Assembly (NCBI GenBank): GCA_051362555.1 | Contig: CM120645.1 | Span: forward strand, 1,612,001-1,676,000 | DNA from: Lingula anatina | Taxonomy: Eukaryota; Animalia; Brachiopoda | Length of the DNA stretch: 64,000 nucleotides | Direction: 5' to 3' | In this document: positions 1 through 12,002 of the stretch, piece after piece | How the letters are laid out: each line of letters starts with the position of its first letter | Numbering within the stretch: the stretch's first letter is position 1 | The notes under the pieces: generated by a model | What the model was told of the DNA's origin: nothing | The model's input: only the letters and a program-made list of their open reading frames with translations | Database searches by the model: none | Made by a program: the position numbers and the translations under genes

Positions 1-4
1 ATAC

Positions 5-90
5 ATCATATTTTATCCTATCCTTAATAAATCATAAATCATATTTTATCCTATCCTTAATAAATCATAAATCATATTTTATTCTATCCT
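5..90. repeat. 33-bp tandem repeat, about 2.6 copies (atcatattttatcctatccttaataaatcataa)
   Basis: Units start at 5, 38 and 71 and are nearly identical. Confidence 0.9.
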
Positions 91-1840
91 ATAGACTTAA
101 TAAGCATTTCCACCGTTGCAATTTTTTCTTGTTAATAGATTGGGATCTTGTCAACGGTTTTGGGTGTGATGTTCCTTTTTGATTCAGGGAAAATCCTGGA
201 ATTTCTAGTAAAACTAGTGTAACATTCATAATATGCCTTTCAGCACTTCACAAACAGACCGTTTTACTACAATAAAGTTAATATTTGTTTGGAACAAATC
301 ATATTTTTCCCGTGCTAAACGTGTTTTTAAATTATATATTTAACAAATCATGCTATGCAAGCGACTTTGCTATGCTATTAACCCATTATCTTGTATTTCA
401 TCTCGATTTATAATGGTTTTCGTAGTGACGTGTTTGAGCGTTTTAAACACTTACTTAACTACCTGTAGTTGACCTAGCAGTCAATTTATAAACCAGTATT
501 TACTGACATCAAATACGACATAAAGGGCCAATACCATAGCATTGTCGTTTGTATATCTTTTTAGCAGAGAACGTATATAAAATATGGAAGGGTACTATCG
601 ATAAACCACTAACTGGCTTTGGTTCCACCCTACTAGGGCTGACTGGGTGTGTGCGACCGTTGGCGATGCTGTTAATGTCTTTAAATATGGGTTCTTTAAT
701 TTTGACTATATGCACATGTTACAGAATTCTGTCTTGGCCTAGTAAGCCGATTTGGGTACATTGTAAGACAACACGTAACCAATCGTAAAACGCTGAGTTG
801 AAATACAATTGCCATATGTTTCTAGCATGGGTGTATTTCATCAACTTTTTGCCATTTTTTCTTTGTATTACCCTTAATGAATGAGGTACTTTAATGCATA
901 TCATAGCAGTCACTACGTGAAAATTTTTAGCGATATCAAATACGATATTATGGATCAGCAGCTTAACCTTGTTGTTTATACATATAAGGCAGTGAGTGAA
1001 TATAAGATTCAAAGCACACAATAGATAAATAAATGATTATGTGTTATAGTGCAACTGGGCAATCTGGATGAGATGCTTAAGATTTACATTTAGCAAAAAT
1101 GTATCACTGAAAGTGAAAAGGAATATTTTGAAAATCATTACAAGTATCAAAAGTCATATATTTATGTTGGGAAAGATTAGTAACTTTGCTGGGTATATGT
1201 AGCCACAGAAAAAACTCGTATGACTTTTGGAAATCTTTAATGCGTACAGTGTATCTCTAATGAATCATCGATCGTAACCCTGCCTTTTGTATGTTTTTAG
1301 TATCATTTTCACTGTATTTGATGTCGGTAAATATTATTTTTTGTAGTGACTCCTAGGTCATGCTGCCAAGGTCTTAGTAAAAATGAAATTGAAAATGAAA
1401 TTAAAATTATAAGCAATCCAAGGCCGTGTCCACTATACGTAGAGGGATTCTTTCACGGCCTGGTCCAGCTCATGGTTTTAAAATTTCGTTTGTTTCTCCT
1501 TTTTTATTCTAACTAAATAAATATGTTAAATATTTGTTATACTGATTGCGATGGTTGTGGTTTGGGCTCTAATCCATACCTACGTCTTCATTTGACCTCC
1601 AACACGAGAGGGAAGTTGAGATTTGAGATATCGGATGAAGTGCACACAAAATCAGACGTCATATTTCCAGGAAAGATTATCAAACCTATAAGGTCTTACA
1701 GTGTGTCCTACGGTATGCCCCACCGCCACACTGAGAAGAGGGATTAACAAGAACTGTGAAGGGCTATATACTGTCAACAGGTGTTTCATTCTGCTGTGCA
1801 AACTGCTATGTTAAGAACATAAACCATTTAAAAGTCTTAC

Positions 1841-1975
1841 CTTTAACACGAATATCTAACTGTATTGGTGTAGACAGTATTTTCCTCCTCAGTTTTCCGT
1901 TGAGTTTTCATACCTAGTTTGTTGTTCATAGGAAAAAGAAAGTGAATCACAGAACTGTAATGCTGACACCATGTT
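1841..1975 (-). other. Putative non-coding first exon of a third CARD paralog (C) whose coding exons lie left of the window
   Basis: Homologous to blocks at ~5526-5690 (-) and ~5860-6018 (+), sharing motifs such as ttcctcagtttt and agaactg.aatg.tga. It ends in AAG|GTAAGA (GT at 1840-1839). The adjacent intron (1310-1840) also resembles 4773-4960 and 6020-6320. Confidence 0.55.
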
Positions 1976-3079
1976 TCTTTTACTACCTGTGAAATGAGGC
2001 ATGTTGTGACGGCGACTCTATTTATTCGTGTCCTAAACCAGCCCGGGGTACAATGTACTATCTAGGTCACTTGTATTATTGTATTACGTACCTTTATCTG
2101 TCTGAATTTACTTTTGTACGTTACGTTAATATCAGTCAACAAACACCAGTCAACAAACAGTTGGAAAATATTCCTTCAATATAACGTCAAAAGTAAGACT
2201 CCTACTTCTTTTATAGTCAAAACGCCGTAAATAGCTGTTTATCTTTTATTTCCTTCTTATAGTTTCCTAAAACAGGTTTTTTTTTTGTTTAGGATCTTTT
2301 GTCACAAGAGGCGAGTGTTTTCAGCCAGGGAAAGTGTCTGCTATTTTTAAGAGAATTTTTCAAAGATGTGATATCACGTACTCTGCTGATTCCCCAGTAG
2401 TAAGCAATTTTCAATGAAATTCCAGAAAAAAGGTTTAAATATGTCCATAGATTGAATACACACTGGATAAATGCACATCAAAAGATCAAACTAGTTTACG
2501 CCTGATGTTAATTTTTGCCTTATTTTCTAGGGTTTCATATTCCTTGCAGAACAACAATGACACCAACGTAATTTTGAACTTTTGTATTTTTAGTACCGAA
2601 GCTATGAGATAATACCAAATAAAAATAAAAAGAGAAATAATAAAAACTAAACATTACATAATGTAAAAATCATTATTACGGTCAAGACATGCTACCAATA
2701 GAGTTAATAATGTACATCCAAAGCATAGAGCATCTAAACATATAAAGTTACTGAATGGTTGATAAATACTGATGTCGTATGTCTTAATGGCCGAACATAT
2801 TAATTTTGAACGATATAAAAACACTTGGGGGATCTTTGCAAAACGGCAATTATTCTCACGCGTGATCACATATATGTAACAGCTAATGAAACAAAGGTAG
2901 TACTTAAAATACATATAATCATTCTTTAATCATGCAAAATGTTTTTTTATTGTAAAAGTTTATATTATGTAAAAGATTGGTATTGGTACTTTCCACTGAT
3001 ATACTGAAGGCTGTAGGTCCACAAGTAAGAATAAAATCATGCAGCTGTCCCTGTGACCCTGTTCTCTCTTTTGTCCGAC

Positions 3080-3102
3080 TTATTTTAAGTCAATATTCCC
3101 CG
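3080..3102 (-). other. Terminal exon of CARD gene A (open frame (A)GNIDLK*, now downstream of a premature TAA)
   Basis: Acceptor is ttttcctttggtttcag. The exon aligns with the gene B terminal exon (DEYGIDLK*) and its 3'UTR. The upstream donor G|GTAAAA is at 3480. Confidence 0.75.
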
Positions 3103-3481
3103 CTGAAACCAAAGGAAAATTGACAGTTAATTTCTTGTTAATACTCTGAATCGTTTAGTGGGTTTCCAATTAAATAAAATGTTTACGACGAAAGTCTGGG
3201 GATTTCAAATTAACAGTAGTTATACAAGTGTTTTAACACTTACAAAAAGTTCAGCGGTGCCATCAATTAGTCTAGGGGTGAGTTTACCAGTGGCTCAACT
3301 GAGTAAATGTATAGTTATACGTGTAAAATAATCAAGAATGGAGAAAAAAAAAGCTAGTGCTTAATTTACGTTACAGAATATCATGTTATTACTCACAAAT
3401 CCATAAAAAAACACACTTTATATGAAATATGAAAGATAATTTTTTAATATTTAAAAAATGTATCTTCCTCCATATTTTACC

Positions 3482-4251
3482 TTAGTCTTGCAAAGGGTCA
3501 GCTGGTGACTGAACAGCAGATTGATGCTGTTGTTGGTGCTTAACCACTGCCTTATTGATCGTATCGATAACATAGGGATAGTGTGTCTTCAAGGAGTCCA
3601 TGAATACATGGAAGGCATTAGACCCACGAGTGGGAAGTATATCAAGTAATCGTTCTATGCGCCGTAACCGGGTTTGTTCTGACATGATAGTATCCTGCAT
3701 ATCATCGATTATAATCTTCTCCTAGAACCAAAGAACAATTGACATGATGCTTAAAAATCTCTTTGTTCATACCCAGAGTTAAAGACATGCAGAACCTACC
3801 AGAGCCTTATACGATACACTTTTATATTTTAGCAATTTATCATAAATCACCATGGTTTATCCTATCCGAACTTTAATTTCGAGATTTCTATTTTTTATGT
3901 TGCAATTTAAATTCCAAGATGCAAATAAATTTTAGCAACAAAAAAGGTTTATAGATCGTAATTTTGTTAACGATTTTGGAATACGGTATTGTGTTAAAAG
4001 TTCCAGGAAAATAAAACTGTTGATTGGTAAAGGTCTCATTCTTTCGGGACTTAATTAAGAAACAGTGGTTTCAATATCAATTATGTTTATATTTCAATAT
4101 TTCAATTTCAAAACCCCTATGGGGGGGGGGTGGAGGGGGAGGTTTTGCAATAACCTACCTGTATAAGATGATCTATCAAGTACTGAGGATCCAGGTTTTT
4201 ACATAAATATACTCTGCATTCGATGAGAGCATCTTTGTGTATTTTCTCCAT
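3482..4251 (-). CDS. CARD-only protein A (RAIDD/CRADD- or caspase-2-like CARD), 110 aa
   Basis: Coding exon 1 is 4251-4159 (MEKIHKDALIECRVYLCKNLDPQYLIDHLIQ, donor gtaggt) and is absent from the ORF track. Exon 2 is 3721-3482 (EKIIIDDMQDTIMSEQTRLRRIERLLDILPTRGSNAFHVFMDSL...QD*). The LLDILPxRGxxAF motif is typical of RAIDD/caspase-2 CARDs. A 5'UTR acceptor (cgtttcag) lies at ~4288. Confidence 0.88.
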
Positions 4252-4960
4252 ATTGTTTTATAGGCTGAATTAAAGCTGCAAAGCAACCTGAAACGAAATT
4301 CATAAAATGAATAAAACTTAATTAAGTCGACTTATATTTTATTGCTATAAAATCTACTTAGAATGCAGTCTAATACAATGGAAACAGTGCGTTAGGGGAA
4401 CGTGGAGTTCGTTAAAAAAAACAATCCTTATGTTTTTAATGGTTTAGCTGGGTGTGTCATCAGCACAATGACGCGAGCTATTTGACTGGTATATAACTAT
4501 TTCTTTAGTGTTAAAGTGTGGCTAAATTTTAAGCATGCCGGGTGGCATATTTATACACATTAATTGCGTGGCTCACACTCAGCCCAAGATGCCATAGTTC
4601 TATAGGTTATATAGGTCAAAAGTGAAAGTTAATTATTAAGCGTTCGCACCTGTTCCTATTTTTATATCTTATTCTCACTCTCTGCCTAACAAAATCAATC
4701 AATCAATCAATTAATCAATCCATCAATCAATCGGTAACAACAAAGGCTATGTTACATGTATTAACTCGTAATGTTGTATTTGATGTCGGTCAATAACGGT
4801 TTATTATATTTAGTGACTGCTAGGCTATGTTAACCAGGTAGAAGATTAATTTACCAGAAAGTTTTTAGATATGAGGTCAACTGCACGCAAAACTAAACAT
4901 GCCGGTTTTCCAAGAAGCATGATTGAACCTGTAAACTGGTTCAATGTATCCCCACAGCAG

Positions 4961-5833
4961 CAGTCAGAAGAGTGAAAAACAAAAACAGCAAACGGGTCAC
5001 AATACCTACATGTACAGCTGTTTTGCTTATTTGTAATAGGGCCTACTGAAACACATTGTTAACAACTGCTAAAAGCCATGCAAGCGTCTAACCTAAAACG
5101 CGTCTTCAGATGTATCTAAATATATGCGTTGATATCCTTTCCTCTTTCCTCAGTTTTCGTAATGGGCTTTTGGTTGTATTCCCGTCGTTGATACCTCTGA
5201 GAACTGAAATGTTGATGTCCTCGAGTCTCACCCAGGCGGGAAAAAGTTAACGCCGTGCTGCTGAGGTATCTGGGACAACCGTTATTTGATTTCAATCATA
5301 AAAGACGCCCAAAAAAGGGCATTCGCCAGTTTGAACAACACATTTCAAAGAAAAATACACAAAGACCTGTTGATTGCCACAACGTCACCTTCTGAATAAG
5401 CAGTCAGAAGAGTGAAAAACAAAAACAGCAAACGGGTCACAATACCTACAGCTGTTTTGCTTCTTTGTATAGGGCCTACCGAAACAAATTGTTAACAACT
5501 GCTAAAAGCCATGCAAGCGTCTTACCTAAAACGCGTCTTCAGATGTATCTAAATATATGCGTTGATATCCTTTCCTCTTTCCTCAGTTTTCGTGATGGGC
5601 TTTTGGTTGTATTCCCGTCGTTGATACCTCTGAGAACTGAAATGTTGATGTCCTCGAGTCTCACCCAGGCGGGAAAAAGTTAACGCCGTGCTGCTGAGGT
5701 ATCTGGGACAACAGTTATTTGATTTCAATCATAAAAGACGCCCAAAAAAGGGCATTCGCCAGTTTGAACAACACATTTCAAAGAAAAATACACAAAGACC
5801 TGTTGATTGCCACAACGTCACCTTCTGAATAAG
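4961..5833. repeat. Recent ~440-bp tandem duplication (4961-5400 and 5401-5833) covering the putative first exon and promoter of CARD gene A
   Basis: Two near-identical copies start cagtcagaagagtgaaaaac and end ccttctgaataag. They differ by a few substitutions and small indels, including a 6-bp tgtaca indel. Confidence 0.95.
5526..5690 (-). other. Putative non-coding first exon of CARD gene A
   Basis: Ends in TTAG|GTAAGA. It is homologous to the candidate first exons of B and C and is oriented toward the acceptor at ~4288. The 5' boundary is approximate. Confidence 0.55.
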
Positions 5834-5858
5834 CAAATTAAATCAGCTAGGCGTTTAC
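5690..5858. promoter_or_regulatory. Putative compact bidirectional promoter between CARD genes A and B
   Basis: Spacer between two inverted homologous first-exon blocks. Contains TTCAAAGAA (GAS-like TTCN3GAA, 5777-5785) and an ACGTCA CRE half-site (~5815). Confidence 0.4.
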
Positions 5859-5859
5859 T

Positions 5860-6018
5860 TTTGGTCGCGTTTTACAGATAGGGGCAGACTTGAGGTCGTC
5901 AGCATTTCAGTTCTCAGAGGTTTTCCTGTCGGAATTATATCCGAAAAGCCCACCTGAAAACTGAGGAAGAGGAATATATCGACAGGAAGATATTTAGATA
6001 TCCTACAAATCATTAAAG
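5860..6018 (+). other. Putative non-coding first exon of CARD gene B
   Basis: Inverted homolog of 5526-5690. Donor is AAAG|GTACAT at 6019, with a second gtaagg 6 nt later. It would splice to the cgtttcag acceptor at ~10898. Confidence 0.55.
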
Positions 6019-6511
6019 GTACATGTAAGGTGTTTGAATACGTTCTAGAACATGCTAACCATAAGAATTTACTTTGAAAAGGCAGACGTCTGAAGTCAGT
6101 TTTGTTTATCGTCCATCTGAACGTGGCTGTAGGGATACATTGTAGGGATAAGGGTTTAGAGGTTTGACCATCTTCATCATCGTGAAGTTGACCCAATATC
6201 TTAATACTTTCTTTTTAAACTATTCAGTTTACCCTCAAGCAGAATAACCACGCACCTGGCTGCATGAGCTAGCAGTTACTACATAATTAAGTCATTATTT
6301 ACCGACATTTAAAAAAATACTGTACTGGTATACCTAAGTTTTTTTTCTTTGTCGAGTGGTATTTGAGGCATAATTAGATGCTGAGCACGAATCTAATAGG
6401 CATCCTCTTAAACGACTATGAATTGCGCCTGTGCATGGACGTTTTTCAAAATGGCGGACAGGGCAGCCCACAAATATTTTCATCAATGATGATTAAAAGT
6501 GCCCCACTGTA

Positions 6512-7049
6512 CGAGGGTTGATTGATAAGTAGTGAGCCTCGTGTGGAAGGGGTTAAGCAAGTATATCCCTTTTCAGCCCTTCTATTTCCTGACTATTTAA
6601 AGGTGTGTAGCCAAAGTTTGGTGTCATTTGGTTAGTTTATGTCGACGAGGTAGCCTCTCAAATAAGCAAGGCAAGTGACTTTTGCAAAATGCCCCTGCTC
6701 ACAAGTCTGTCATTGCCATGGCTGTAATCAACGAGTGTGGCTTTGAACTGACAGAACATCCACTTTATTCGCCTGATCCTGCTCCCTCTGACTAAATATT
6801 ATCTATTTCCCTAATTAAAAAAGGCCATTTCAGGTACTCACTTTGTGTCAAAAGATGGCGTCATACGTGAATTGGAGGGGTTTCTGAACGGCCAAGAGAA
6901 GGGCTTCTATAAAAGTGGCATAGAGGCTCTCAAAACTAGCTGGCAAAAGTGTATAGATACTCAAGGAGACTATGTTGAAAAATAAAGAAAAATACTTGTA
7001 AAATGTGTACCCCTTCTATATGAGGCTCACTACTTATCAATCAACTCTA
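6512..7049 (+). mobile_element. Internally deleted mariner (D,D34D) transposon
   Basis: TIRs are cgagggttgattgataagtagtgagcctc (6512-6540, preceded by TA) and gaggctcactacttatcaatcaactc (from 7022). The interior ~6688-6984 encodes a decayed transposase C-terminus: NAPAHKS...HPLYSPDPAPSD..YLFP.LKKAISG...GFYKSGIEALKTSWQKCIDTQGDYVEK*. Confidence 0.93.
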
Positions 7050-7458
7050 TCATCTTTGTCTTATGTTTTGGTTGTGGAGTGTATTTCATATCTGAGTACT
7101 GCCACTAGTGTACTGTTACATTTCGGAGTGAGGTCAGTTAACAAGCGTGGTTTCAAGAATAGTAGGCCTAGATTTTTAACCTAATTAATACTCGTACAAT
7201 GTAGCTTATATTTCTGATCAGAAATGTATCATGTGGCCCATTTTGCCTATGTAAACACCAGTTCCTCTTGAGTTTTTTTTAAGTTACTACTTACTCCACA
7301 CTAATTCGATATAATATTAGAGGTATGCCTAATATTATCCTCTTGTATTTTAATATTTTGTTAGAAAAATAGTGAAAATAAGATACAGTATAATAAGATC
7401 ACTAACTTTTACATAACGTGATATCGAATAATTTAAAGTGACCTCTTGTCTATCAAAG

Positions 7459-7640
7459 TAGGGGAGGGTGGGGCTAGTCCGCCCTCGGGGCATATCCGCC
7501 CTCCCCCCCATCCCCCCATATCTCGAATGTGAAACGATGAATCACGCCCTCCGCCATTTTGAAAAGTCACCGTGGAAGCTCGCTTAAGTAAAATGGCGGC
7601 CTGTAAGACCACGCAGTCGGCTGTTTCACAATCAGGGTGA
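7459..7640 (+). mobile_element. Probable end of a non-autonomous DNA transposon
   Basis: GC-rich terminus taggggagggtggggctagtccgccc with repeated ccgccc and an inverted ccgccatttt/aaaatggcgg pair. No matching opposite terminus was found. Confidence 0.3.
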
Positions 7641-8559
7641 ACAATTAAATGTCGTTAATGTTACAAGTGTCTGATAAATTAGCAATTTATGATTAGAGAT
7701 TGCTGATAGACTGATATCAAAGGCACTGTTTATAGGAGCAAAATAAAAAAAAGAATCATAATAATCGGACTACAATTTACAAAATTATAGCCAATTATGT
7801 GTTCAAGAAGTAACTATTTTTAGCTGTTACGATGGGTCATTTGCAATTTTAATTAAATTACCTTAAAAGGTCATAAATATGATGCACTAGCTCTTTTTGT
7901 CAATGATTTATGGTGAATATGATGTTGGTATATAACTCCCACAACATATGTCTTCTCTTTTAGAAGGTTCTTCCAAAGAAATGTTCTGAGAAAAAAATTA
8001 TTTTAACCATTTTGCTGAAACAGGCTTTTGTACACATTTTACTTATTTTTGTTAATGCAATGAAAAACATACAGACTTGACATTTAATATGGAATATTTC
8101 AGTTTCGAAGGTATACCTAGGTAAAAATACGTTCTTTAAAAAAAAAACTCCGATCTCATATAAGATTTGTGAATGTAAAAGTGTGCAGTCAGGTGTGTCA
8201 CCACCAATTAACTGACTTTCATGCCTGTTGCGCTGCTACATTATGTAATTTGCAGTGATTTAATTGGGTAGTGTTCCTTTGGGCTGATCAAAGCTTGGCG
8301 TAGGCAAAGCTTGGTTCTGTCAAAAAAAGTATCCATATTTCGGCAACTACTGCATAGAAGAATTTGAAATTTTGCATGCAAGCGGTCAGTTTTGCAGTGC
8401 GTAAGATGAGTCAAGTAGTGCATTACAAATTTGTTAATCTAAGGCAGAATGGTTCGAAAATACAGACATAACCAGACAGATCATAGCGCCAAACGGAACG
8501 GTCCCCACAGTTTTATAGAGTAATGCCCAGACTGATGTACCTACACAGAGGTCACCCCC

Positions 8560-9425
8560 AATGTATCAGAGTTTTACCTACAGGGTACAGGACCCACTGT
8601 CTTTCGGGATACGCTGCTGCAACTAAACAAAAACACTTAGTCCGTTCAGAACGAGGGGTAAATTGCCACTAAAATGCGTTTTTCAAAGCCCTTATCGAAC
8701 ACCAAACTGGTTTTAGCAGGTAAGAACACCAAATGACCTCCGAGGTACCCACTGTATACAGCAAAACATCGTCGTCTGTTTCTCTAATGAATTGGGGGCC
8801 ATGAACGATTCTGGGTAGATCACTGAAACTGCGTGGCTTTCTTTATTGAGGTTAGATTTCAACTGTACCGCCCAATTAGTCAAAACAGTTTACAGATATC
8901 CAGAAGAGGCATACGACGAAGCATATGCTGGGTCTAAAGTGACAACGGTGATTGACAGCGTCAGTATTTGGAGTAGATTCCACATTGGTGCCAAAACACC
9001 AATGGTAGTCATCGACGAAAACCTGAACCAGATCAAATAAAGGAATAATTTCGGAACCACTTGACTATCATTTGATAGGGGCACCTTAGGAACAATTCTA
9101 GGTTGCACGATGAGGTTGCAGGTTCACATAGAGCACTTTTAATAGCAGATAACTTACCGAACCAAGGGAATGAGCAGCTACCCTGGTCATCAAAATCGCC
9201 ACATTTGAACCACATAGACAATATTTCGGTAGACCATTACTCACCAATCAACTGCCTACATGTCCTACAACAAAACTGGACCAGATTGGACAATTTTAGA
9301 CCGATGCCTGGAATGCTATTCCAGACTGAACTCTAAAAACCTACCCCCAAGAAATGCCTTGCTGCTTGAGAGCGGTGGCAACAGCCACGAAGAGGCCAGG
9401 CGTAACAACGACCATTACTGTGACT
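8560..9425 (+). mobile_element. Degenerate Tc1-like (DD34E) transposase remnant
   Basis: Frame-broken motifs occur in order: H*NCVAFFIEVRFQLY (cf. W..VLFSDESRF), SVSIWSRFHIGAKTPMVVIDENLNQ, HDEVAGSHRALLIADNLPNQGNEQLPWSSKSPHLNHIDNI (cf. QDDNAPPH...WPSKSPDLNPIEN), then a Tc1-like C-terminus. Boundaries are approximate. Confidence 0.85.
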
Positions 9426-10925
9426 GACAACTGACATGAGGGTCTTTTGTAGGGCGCATAACTCTTTTACAGACGATAAATATCTCTTTTAATGGAAGAC
9501 GTATGACATAGAATAGGCAATATGTTTTTGTTTGCTTCTCTGGCGAATTTCAATAATGAATTGATGTCACAATGACATCAAAGAGATAATTTAAAGTTAT
9601 TAAAACACGATTTTAATCCTTATTTTCATTTATCAGTCAGCCATTACATAAAACATCTTGTTGGACATATTTTCTGATGAAAGTTAATGTATTTTAATGT
9701 TTTAACTTGTCGTGTGGACATGGTGGTATTATATGCGTTATTTCCAAACTAAACTGTTGATTCAAAGACATTGTATTTTATTTTCAGATATATATATATA
9801 AAAGAAAATCTAAAAAAGTAAAGATAACTACAATGATTTTTTTGTCGGAGGAGATGCAGATTTGCCCAAAGCAGTTGAGAACTTTTGCGAAAGGCAGTAT
9901 AATAATTATGTGTACGATCTTTTTCTGAATGCTCTCTGCAATGCCCTCAGCATGACGGCAGTTGTAATTACACTTGGCCAGCCTGCCTTCACGTACGTTT
10001 GTCACAACTGTGACTGATTAATGTAGATGATTTGTTGTTAATAAATTTAAATAAACCTTTTGATATTTTGGTCAAAACTGCTGTGTTTTTATTGGTCCTT
10101 TCGTCTTTAACATTAGTTTACTTTTGAAAAGTTTCCATAGGCAAACAATACTGAGGAGTCGTTAAAGAGTGGCCGCTTAAGTTGCAGCTGTTACTCGGTC
10201 TTACGTACCGAATAAATGCACAAAATTGGACAAAATCACATTTGTCTTTTGGATTCTAGTATGTGTGTGGACTTGCCACTGGGTTGGGCAAGTTCGCACA
10301 CTTGGACTAGACTTTTTAAAACTTAATTCACTCTCACATGATTTACAGTGGACGCCTGATACTTATCCAAAATATATAAACGCATTTAGATAACCTCCCT
10401 TCCTTCTGACGATAAAATATATCTGAGTCCTATCTCCCGGACAGCGAATCCTTGTGCTAACGATGTGTGCAGGCCATCCATATTTATTAGGATAATGCAC
10501 AGCCCCGCCATCCCTCAAACCCCTCCCTCCCTCCCTCCCTCAATCTCTCTCTGTCTTTCTCTCTCTCACTCTCTCTCTCTCTCATTCCCTAAATATGCTC
10601 AGTTTGCATTGCACCAGGAAACATTGCAAGCATTTTTTTTTGTATTTAAGATTATGAGGAATAAAGACAACGCAAAGTTCAGTCTTTAAAAGTGTATTCT
10701 TACAATATGGAAAAAGGCACAGGCGTCATTCGTCTGCATACATGCATTATCATCGTATGATATCGTATGATTATAATTATGCTAAATGCCACCGTGCATA
10801 TGTAAACAAATGTGAACGTTAATGTACTACACTCTTAATCCTGTAAAATATTAGTAGGTTTACTTCAGTTTTATTTATTCTATTAATTTGCGTTTCAGCC
10901 TACATTGCAACCCTAAATCAGCATT

Positions 10926-11093
10926 ATGTGCGAAATGGAGGAAATACACAAGCAAGTTCTCATTAACAGCAGAGTATTCTTGATTGAGCACCTGGACCCT
11001 GTGTACTTAGTGGATTATCTTATGCAGGTGGAGTACTGCACAGCCCCGCCATCCCTCAAACACCTCCCTCCCTCCCTCAATCTGTCTTTCTCC

Positions 11094-11186
<93 letters not shown>

Positions 11187-12002
11187 TTAAAAAATATCAA
11201 AATAGAATAGAATAGAATATAGTACAACAGTACTGTTTATGAACTTCTGAAAGGAACACGGTGAGTGCTAGACCTTAAAATATATAAATACGTATTCCTG
11301 CAATCTCTGCATCATGTCACTAATTTTATATTTGGGTTTTAGGAGGGTATTATTACTGAGCAAATGAGGGAGATGATTATGGCACCAGAAACAAGACACG
11401 TACGAATGGGGCGGTTGCTTGATCTACTTCCTACTCGTGGACCCAACGCCTTCACTGCATTCCTGAGTTCCTTGGGATATGAGAATGGTTTTGTTGCCGA
11501 AAGGATATCAAGGACATTGGATGAACTTAAACAGCAGAAAGCACAACCTAGTAACCCATCGGCTGACCCTGGAGCAGGAGGTGCCGAGGGACCTCTGCAG
11601 TTAGATGACAAAGGTACAAGATGAAGGAAGGATATATTTTTTCTTTTAAATGAAAAATCCCTTTTCTTATATTTTATATAAAATGTGTCTTTTTCAGGAT
11701 ATCTGAGCAATTTAATAACATGACCTGGATAGAAAATATAGCACTACTTTCGTTTGCTTCGTTCAATAATTGTGGCTCACGCTATTCATTTTGCAACTGA
11801 GAAGCAGCTCAACATATTCCGTGTCTAACTGATGACACCCCAGAACTCTTTTTAACGATTTTATGACTACCTTTAGTTTGAAATAAACATTTCATTGGAT
11901 TTGAATCTTGCCAATAGATTCAGAATATCAACAAGATATTTTAAGATATTTTCTATCAATTTTTCTTTTGTTTTAGACGAGTACGGCATTGATCTAAAGT
12001 AA
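10926..12002 (+). CDS. CARD-only protein B (RAIDD/CRADD- or caspase-2-like CARD), 132 aa
   Basis: Exons are 10926-11027 (MCEMEEIHKQVLINSRVFLIEHLDPVYLVDYLMQ), 11343-11613 (EGIITEQMREMIMAPETRHVRMGRLLDLLPTRGPNAFTAFLSSL...LDDK) and 11977-12002 (DEYGIDLK*). All introns are GT-AG and at the same positions as in gene A. AATAAA occurs at ~12266 and ~12290. Confidence 0.9.
11100..11186. repeat. Compound (CT)n(CA)n microsatellite
   Basis: Directly visible in the first coding intron of gene B. Confidence 0.95.

Noticed and set aside
509-1250. Short ORFs that might be a decayed LINE/retroelement 3' region
   Set aside because: No diagnostic motif could be reconstructed in any frame; a profile search is needed.
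5465-6196. ORFs 5465-5683(+) and 5855-6196(-) sharing PLRTEML..SSL, suggesting a small protein family
   Set aside because: They use non-ATG starts, are not in a consistent frame across the three copies, and are antisense to splice-donor-bearing blocks. Better explained as duplicated non-coding exons.
11698-11723. Alternative last exon for CARD gene B (ttttcag|GYLSNLIT*)
   Set aside because: The homologous position in gene A lacks the AG, whereas the 11977 exon is conserved in both genes.
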